Source of the DNA: Eledone cirrhosa
Lineage: Eukaryota
Length of the DNA: 64,000 bases
Reading direction: 5' to 3'
NCBI GenBank assembly: GCA_964016885.1
Contig: OZ024743.1
Span: 217,248,001-217,312,000 of the forward strand
The position numbers and the translations under genes were made by a program. The notes beneath the pieces are model-generated. The model made no database searches and was not told where the DNA came from. It saw only the letters and a program-made list of their open reading frames with translations. Shown here piece after piece: positions 58,126 to 64,000 of this stretch (positions are counted from its first letter, which is position 1; each line of letters begins with the position of its first letter).

Positions 58126-61029
58126 TGTAAATATGTACGTGTGTGTGCAGAGAGAGAGAAGGAAAGAGACAGATAGGGGTAGGAATGGAGAGAAATATCA
58201 CGGGAAATTGTGTGGAGAGGGAGAAAGTGCTTCAGAAGTAACATTCTATGAAAAAGACACTCCTCTATTTGATTATTGCAAATATGAAGGAAATTACTTT
58301 CATTCAAAATCTCCAGATAGCAGCCATGTCTTCTTCAACAGGATGGAATTGACACGTTAAGTAAGCTGTAATACTTAGCACTCCTATACTCACGCACTTA
58401 ACTACACACAGGCATATACAAGTATATATATATATATATATACATACACATATGTATATATACCTATATACATATACATGCATAATTAATAAATACATTT
58501 ATATATGCACACATGCACACATACATACATACGTACATTCGGACTCTCATATATATATGTTTATTTATATATGAGAGTATGTGTGAAGTGTGAATGTGGA
58601 GGTAGAAGTATTCACACATATAGTCCCTGCTGTGATTTAGAATATTATATTCAACTTCATATGCATTACTCGTTTTCCAGCTTATCAGATTTTTGCGTTT
58701 GCAATGTCGTATCATTGAATTGGGTATTTCAGTATTTCTATAACAGTTTATAATAAGATTGAGGATCTCTCTAATATTTTCTCAACATACCTGGCGGATT
58801 GTTCTGCCATAATGCTCTTTTAGCAAGATGGTTAGTTAATTATGTAACTACATGCTGAATCTCACCGAACAGAAATCCTCAGAAGGTGATGAAGTAGATT
58901 ATTTCAAAGATGCAACATATAGCAAGGACATCTTCATGAAAAACTTAGAATGTTAACGCCTGTCTTAGTACAAGAATATTATATTAATAAACAGCATAAT
59001 AACGATGGCTTGAGCAAACAACTTATGGTTTGCGAGAGGAAAATAATACAGTTATATATATAGATGAAACAGATAATTTATATCCGTAACACACACTTAT
59101 TCGTTTAACTTTGTTTGTTTTCCAATCTCTCTTCAAATCTTTTTTTTTTTTTTTTTTGCTTCGCCACTCAGGCCTGTATCTTATAACCGACTTACTGCCT
59201 ACTCATGCCTCATAACCCCTCCAATTTATCAACATCTACTTCAAATACCTCCTTCTTCCATACACGTCTAAGAAATAGGAAAACTGTTTAGCAACACGAC
59301 AGCTTCTATGTGGTTTAACGGACTGCTAGAAATAGTATTAAATTCTCCCACAAATCACACCTTAACATATTCGAATATGAAAAGAATAGGTTGTTCATGC
59401 ACTCGATACAATCTTGCGCCACGATAGGACTCCTTTGATCATCGGCCTGCTCAATCAATATTGGTCATGGGCGAAATAAACTATATCACACGACACATGA
59501 AATTATTTTCATTTAAAACTACAGATTGTTAGTTCAATTACAGAACGTTTAATATAAATACACACCTCGCATTTGTCACACCCATTACCATTGTCTAATC
59601 ATTGCTACCCTTTGCTTTGTTAACTTCAATCGACACATGTATAGACCTGAGTAATGTATTACAATATTAAGTTGATCGCATCATAACTTGTGTTAGTGAT
59701 TACTTCATCATTCAGCACTGCCAAAGTTATATCATCCTTTCCTTGAGGTTTCTTACTTAGAATGGCAAATAAAATTTTGAATTCAATATCGATTTTATCA
59801 GTCTAGATTATGTATGCCATCACATTTCCTCTATCTAATTAAAACAGGCAAGTGACTAAAATCAATGTAGTGATGGGGAAAATAAATGCGAACGGGTTGC
59901 GACATAGGCTCGTTGTTATTATTCGTCAAATCCCCAGCCTAGGTCCCAATTGCCTTTCAGCTTTTAGGGTTCGAGAAAATAATGTATCAATCAAGGTCTA
60001 AGACAGATGTTATCTTGAAAAATTCATAAATACAATTATTCTTTCACCCCGTATAGAATGTGCTGTCAAGTTAGTTTTCAGTTCTCAGTGATCTGATAAT
60101 GTACAGGGCAATTACTAGTGTCGTTCTTTTTTCTCACTCGCAGTCTCAGAATCGGCTGTGATGAAAGTAGAAAAAAGGTGTTTTAACATAACGGATCCAC
60201 CAGTCTGTGTACTAACTAAGAGAAAATAGACCTCACTCCATCTATAATCAAAAGCATTCCAGGCTAATCATCCATCATTTTATGTGTAGTTATGGCTATT
60301 TACACTATCTAAATGTGTCATGTTTTTTTCTAAAAACAGTCTGAAATAATTGGTTTGTATTTCTAGCGAGACGAGCGACGGTAAAAAGCTTCCGGTGTTG
60401 ACTACTTTACTATTGTTTTTCCCCTTGTTTCTCTCTGTTGTGAAATACTATTTTGGTTGATATCAATATGCGACTGATAAAAATGTATTCTCTGTTCAAA
60501 TACAATTGTGTGTTATTTGCCTTTTGAGAAATCTGTAATATTTATATTTACTGTTAGTTTTTAGCGCCAATGCTGTTTAAATACAAAGTGTGTCCACTGT
60601 CTTCTTTAATTCTCACCATATCCATTATTGTTTCCGGAATCCATAACGCAGGTTATTACCGAAAAACTATTTTGGTAATCTAAACCTGCGATAATTTAAT
60701 GATTTTTCCTGTTCCTCAATTTGTTTAGTTTAAATTTAATTTATAATTCATTCAGCAGTTATTTTAAATGTTCCATCAAAACACTTTCTTTCATGCAGTT
60801 AACCATTAAAATTTCGAATGTGAATGAGTATTTTAACATTGGAAAACATGTATTATGACGGTCTTAATGGGTGAAGCTGTGAAATCACTGTTTATTTATT
60901 GTCAGTTCTGGGTCTTTTTCTTCAACAACATCTTCATATTGTGAAAATATGATATACTTCTTTTTCATATACACAGGGCTAAGGATCTGCAAACGACTTT
61001 ATCTGTATTAGTTCTTCAGGGGTTAATTA

Positions 61030-61780
61030 GGTCATTCAACTTATCGTAATCGATAATATAAAGCACCATTAATATAAAGGGGTCAATTTAATCGAATTTC
61101 CTTCCCAACAAATCTGCCAGATCTTTCGCTAAATTTAGATTAGCAGTATCAGTAGAACACCAGACAACGTGATTTACCTCCTGAGTTCAAATCCCACCGA
61201 TGTTAGCATTGCCTTTCATCCTTAGGGTTATCCATAAAATAAAGTAACTATAAGGCACTGTGGTCGATTTACTCGACATTCCTCCCACCCAAAATTGTTT
61301 GCCTTGTCACTAAATCAGAAATCATAATTATTATTGTTGAAGGGCGGTGGATTGGCAGTATCGGACACCATGTTTTGCCGCATAGATTTATGACCCTTTA
61401 AGGTCTGAGTACAAATCCCGCCGAGGTTAACTTTGCCTTTCCTCATTAAGCGGTCGATAAAATAAAGTCCCAGTAATGCAGTGGGATAATTGCTGGCCTT
61501 GTGCCAAAAGAAGAAACAATTAGTATTATTGTTGATTCATTCAACGTAATGGGCAGGCTGTATTGGCACAGTGTGGTTCAGCATTCTTTGCTGCATATAC
61601 AATCCCTTTACGTCGTGTGTTCAAATCTTGTCGAGGGTAGCTTTGCTCAGTTCATATCAAATTTGCCCTTCAGCCTTTTCTGCTTGATATTATAAATTGC
61701 AGTAATGTATTGGGGTCTGTATAATAAATCGATTTTCACATTCTCCCACTTTGCTGCCTCTGAGCCAATATTATGATGAA
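61030..61780 (+). mobile_element. Cluster of 3-4 tandem SINE copies
   Basis: Repeated B-box (ttcaaatc) and tttgcctt...gtcgataaaataaag cores, separated by (att)n tails. Confidence 0.7.
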
Positions 61781-63093
61781 TTACTCGTACTGATAATATT
61801 TCTAGCAATACTACAAGTGTGATATGGTGGACTCGTTAGTGCACCAGGATTTATTTACTTCTTTGTACATCATGGAATAATGTAATAATGTATCGTCAGG
61901 TTTGTCTTTACCGTTCATACATCTCCAACATTTGTTGGATTGTGCAAGATATCATTATTTTTTTCTATTGTTGCTTAATTATGAGGAAAGCCTGAAAAGT
62001 TCATAGGTTGACTATAAAGGAGTGATGCTTTTGCTGAGAAATATTGCATGCATTAATTTTAAACCTGCTTTTTAATAACTGCAGTATTGATTTCCTGTGA
62101 CGATGGAGAAGAATAAATCTCATTTGATCATTCCGTGAAATATCTTGTTCAGCTTATAAACATTCCAGTCGACCCCGTCATTATCAACAATTGATAGTGG
62201 AAACGTTTATTTCTTTCTAGTTTTTACAAGAACAATACTAAGTTTTTACAAGAACAATACTCGTTCCCATATGTAACAATTTCATCATTTAAAATTTGCC
62301 CTTCATCTCCCTTTGGAAAATACAATAAGGACGAGTTAATTGCTTATGTCGGTTTAATAGACAATAACATTCCTTGAGTGGCTATTTTAAATATTTACAT
62401 ATTTTTTCTAATTATATTTTATTCTTCTAATATTCGCTATCACAATCAGCAGCATAATCAAAAATCAATTCCTATTTTTATCATTAGCGCCTTCCTCCGC
62501 ATCATTATATTCACCTAATACAACCATCGTTTATATGCATCTTAAACATCCCATGCCAAACATACCTCGAAAAATAATATTTATATAGATCAATATTAAA
62601 TAACATTTTCTCTCCTTCAACCACACAAACATCATCACCCATGACCTGTCCAGATGATAAGATATTCACAATTCAAGAACTCTTTAAGGTAGGAAAATAT
62701 CAGTTCAAATGAATACAAACCCTCTACAATATTCAACTGAGATTAGAAATGAAATACTTCTCACAGATTTGGAAAGCCACTGTTGTCACACACACGGAAC
62801 TTAGAACACACTCAGAAATGGACACCCAGGTGATTTACATTGATTCTTTCACCAACACACTCATTCCTCTTGTCACAAACTCTACCTTTCCTAACACCAC
62901 TACAGTTGCCAAAGCCAACTGCAGTTGTATGTCCTTGCTCCACATTGACCCAAGCCCAACTACCCCCTTTGCTCTATTCCTCTCATCACCCATAATGAAT
63001 TCTCCTACAGTTTCTTTCTCAACAAAGAAGATAAAAATAAGAAAAACAGACCCTAAAATATATTTTACGTGCTATTACCAACTTCAACCCCCC

Positions 63094-63130
<37 letters not shown>

Positions 63131-63170
63131 TCACACACACACTCACTCTTTCTCTCTCTCTCTCACTCTT

Positions 63171-63245
<75 letters not shown>

Positions 63246-64000
63246 TTAGATTGATAGATAGATTCGAGTATAATCTTCAGAATGTAACTGGTTGCTAGGC
63301 ATTGCAATTAGAGTTTGTTTGCATTTTATTAGTATAAGCTTCCTTCCTAATTAATTTTGTTTGTATTGACAATGCTATTGCTTTTGGTAATTACTGTTCT
63401 ACATTATATTTTGTTACTTCTGTTTTTCATTGATGTTATTTTGTCATGACTAATAGGTTTATGCTATCATATTTTTCTTTCGATATGTTTACCTGTATCA
63501 TATACGTGTTTTTCTACCATACAGTACCATAGAAGGATGTAGTGATATATTACCACATGCATAGAACTATGGAGATATTATGCTACAACATAACCCAAAG
63601 ACGTATTGAAATATGATCATACATACACGGAGCGATGAGAAGATATACCCACACATATACACAAATTTATAGATATAGCCATATATCACAGAGGGTCATC
63701 AAGTAGTATACTCACATGAACACAAATACATATAGTAATATGCTTATATATACACATATAGGTATAAATACAGGCTTACACGTATCGATGGACATGCTCA
63801 CATGTAAACATGCAAACTGATATATACTAACACATAGCCGGAACCATAGGGATATATATTCACCCACAAGCAGATTCCACTGCAGTTGCTTGCATATATA
63901 CATATATACAGTTACACAAATTTACTGATGAGCACATCTAGCTACGCTGTTCCACACTGAATGGTGAACTATTAGCAGCTATATTGAGAAAAGATTTGTT

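Noticed and set aside
62500-63060. 166-aa ORF or possible decayed retroelement
   Set aside because: There is no identifiable motif and the ORF is extended by microsatellite, so it cannot be supported.

Overview
This is AT-rich, microsatellite-dense eukaryotic DNA, probably from an octopod cephalopod (inferred from the SINE families and the (TA)n/(TG)n load). It is almost entirely intronic or intergenic, and nearly all ORFs in the supplied track are translated microsatellites. The main feature is an 8.5-kb array (45128-53648) of about 27 near-identical 311-bp units. Each unit carries a complete minimal type I hammerhead ribozyme (retrozyme-like). The array is split into two oppositely oriented arms joined head-to-head, and both RNA-sense 3' ends are anchored in (TA)n. 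Around it are many Penelope-like element (PLE) pieces: one 5'-truncated Naiad-like PLE with an open RT-thumb/GIY-YIG frame, one decayed Naiad-like PLE, and more than 10 fold-back 3'-end fragments carrying hammerheads, several of the U3-A8 core variant. These are inserted in (TA)n with the same inverted geometry. Also present are a 5'-inverted RTE LINE, internally deleted RTE derivatives, tRNA-derived SINEs and a few low-confidence candidate host exons.
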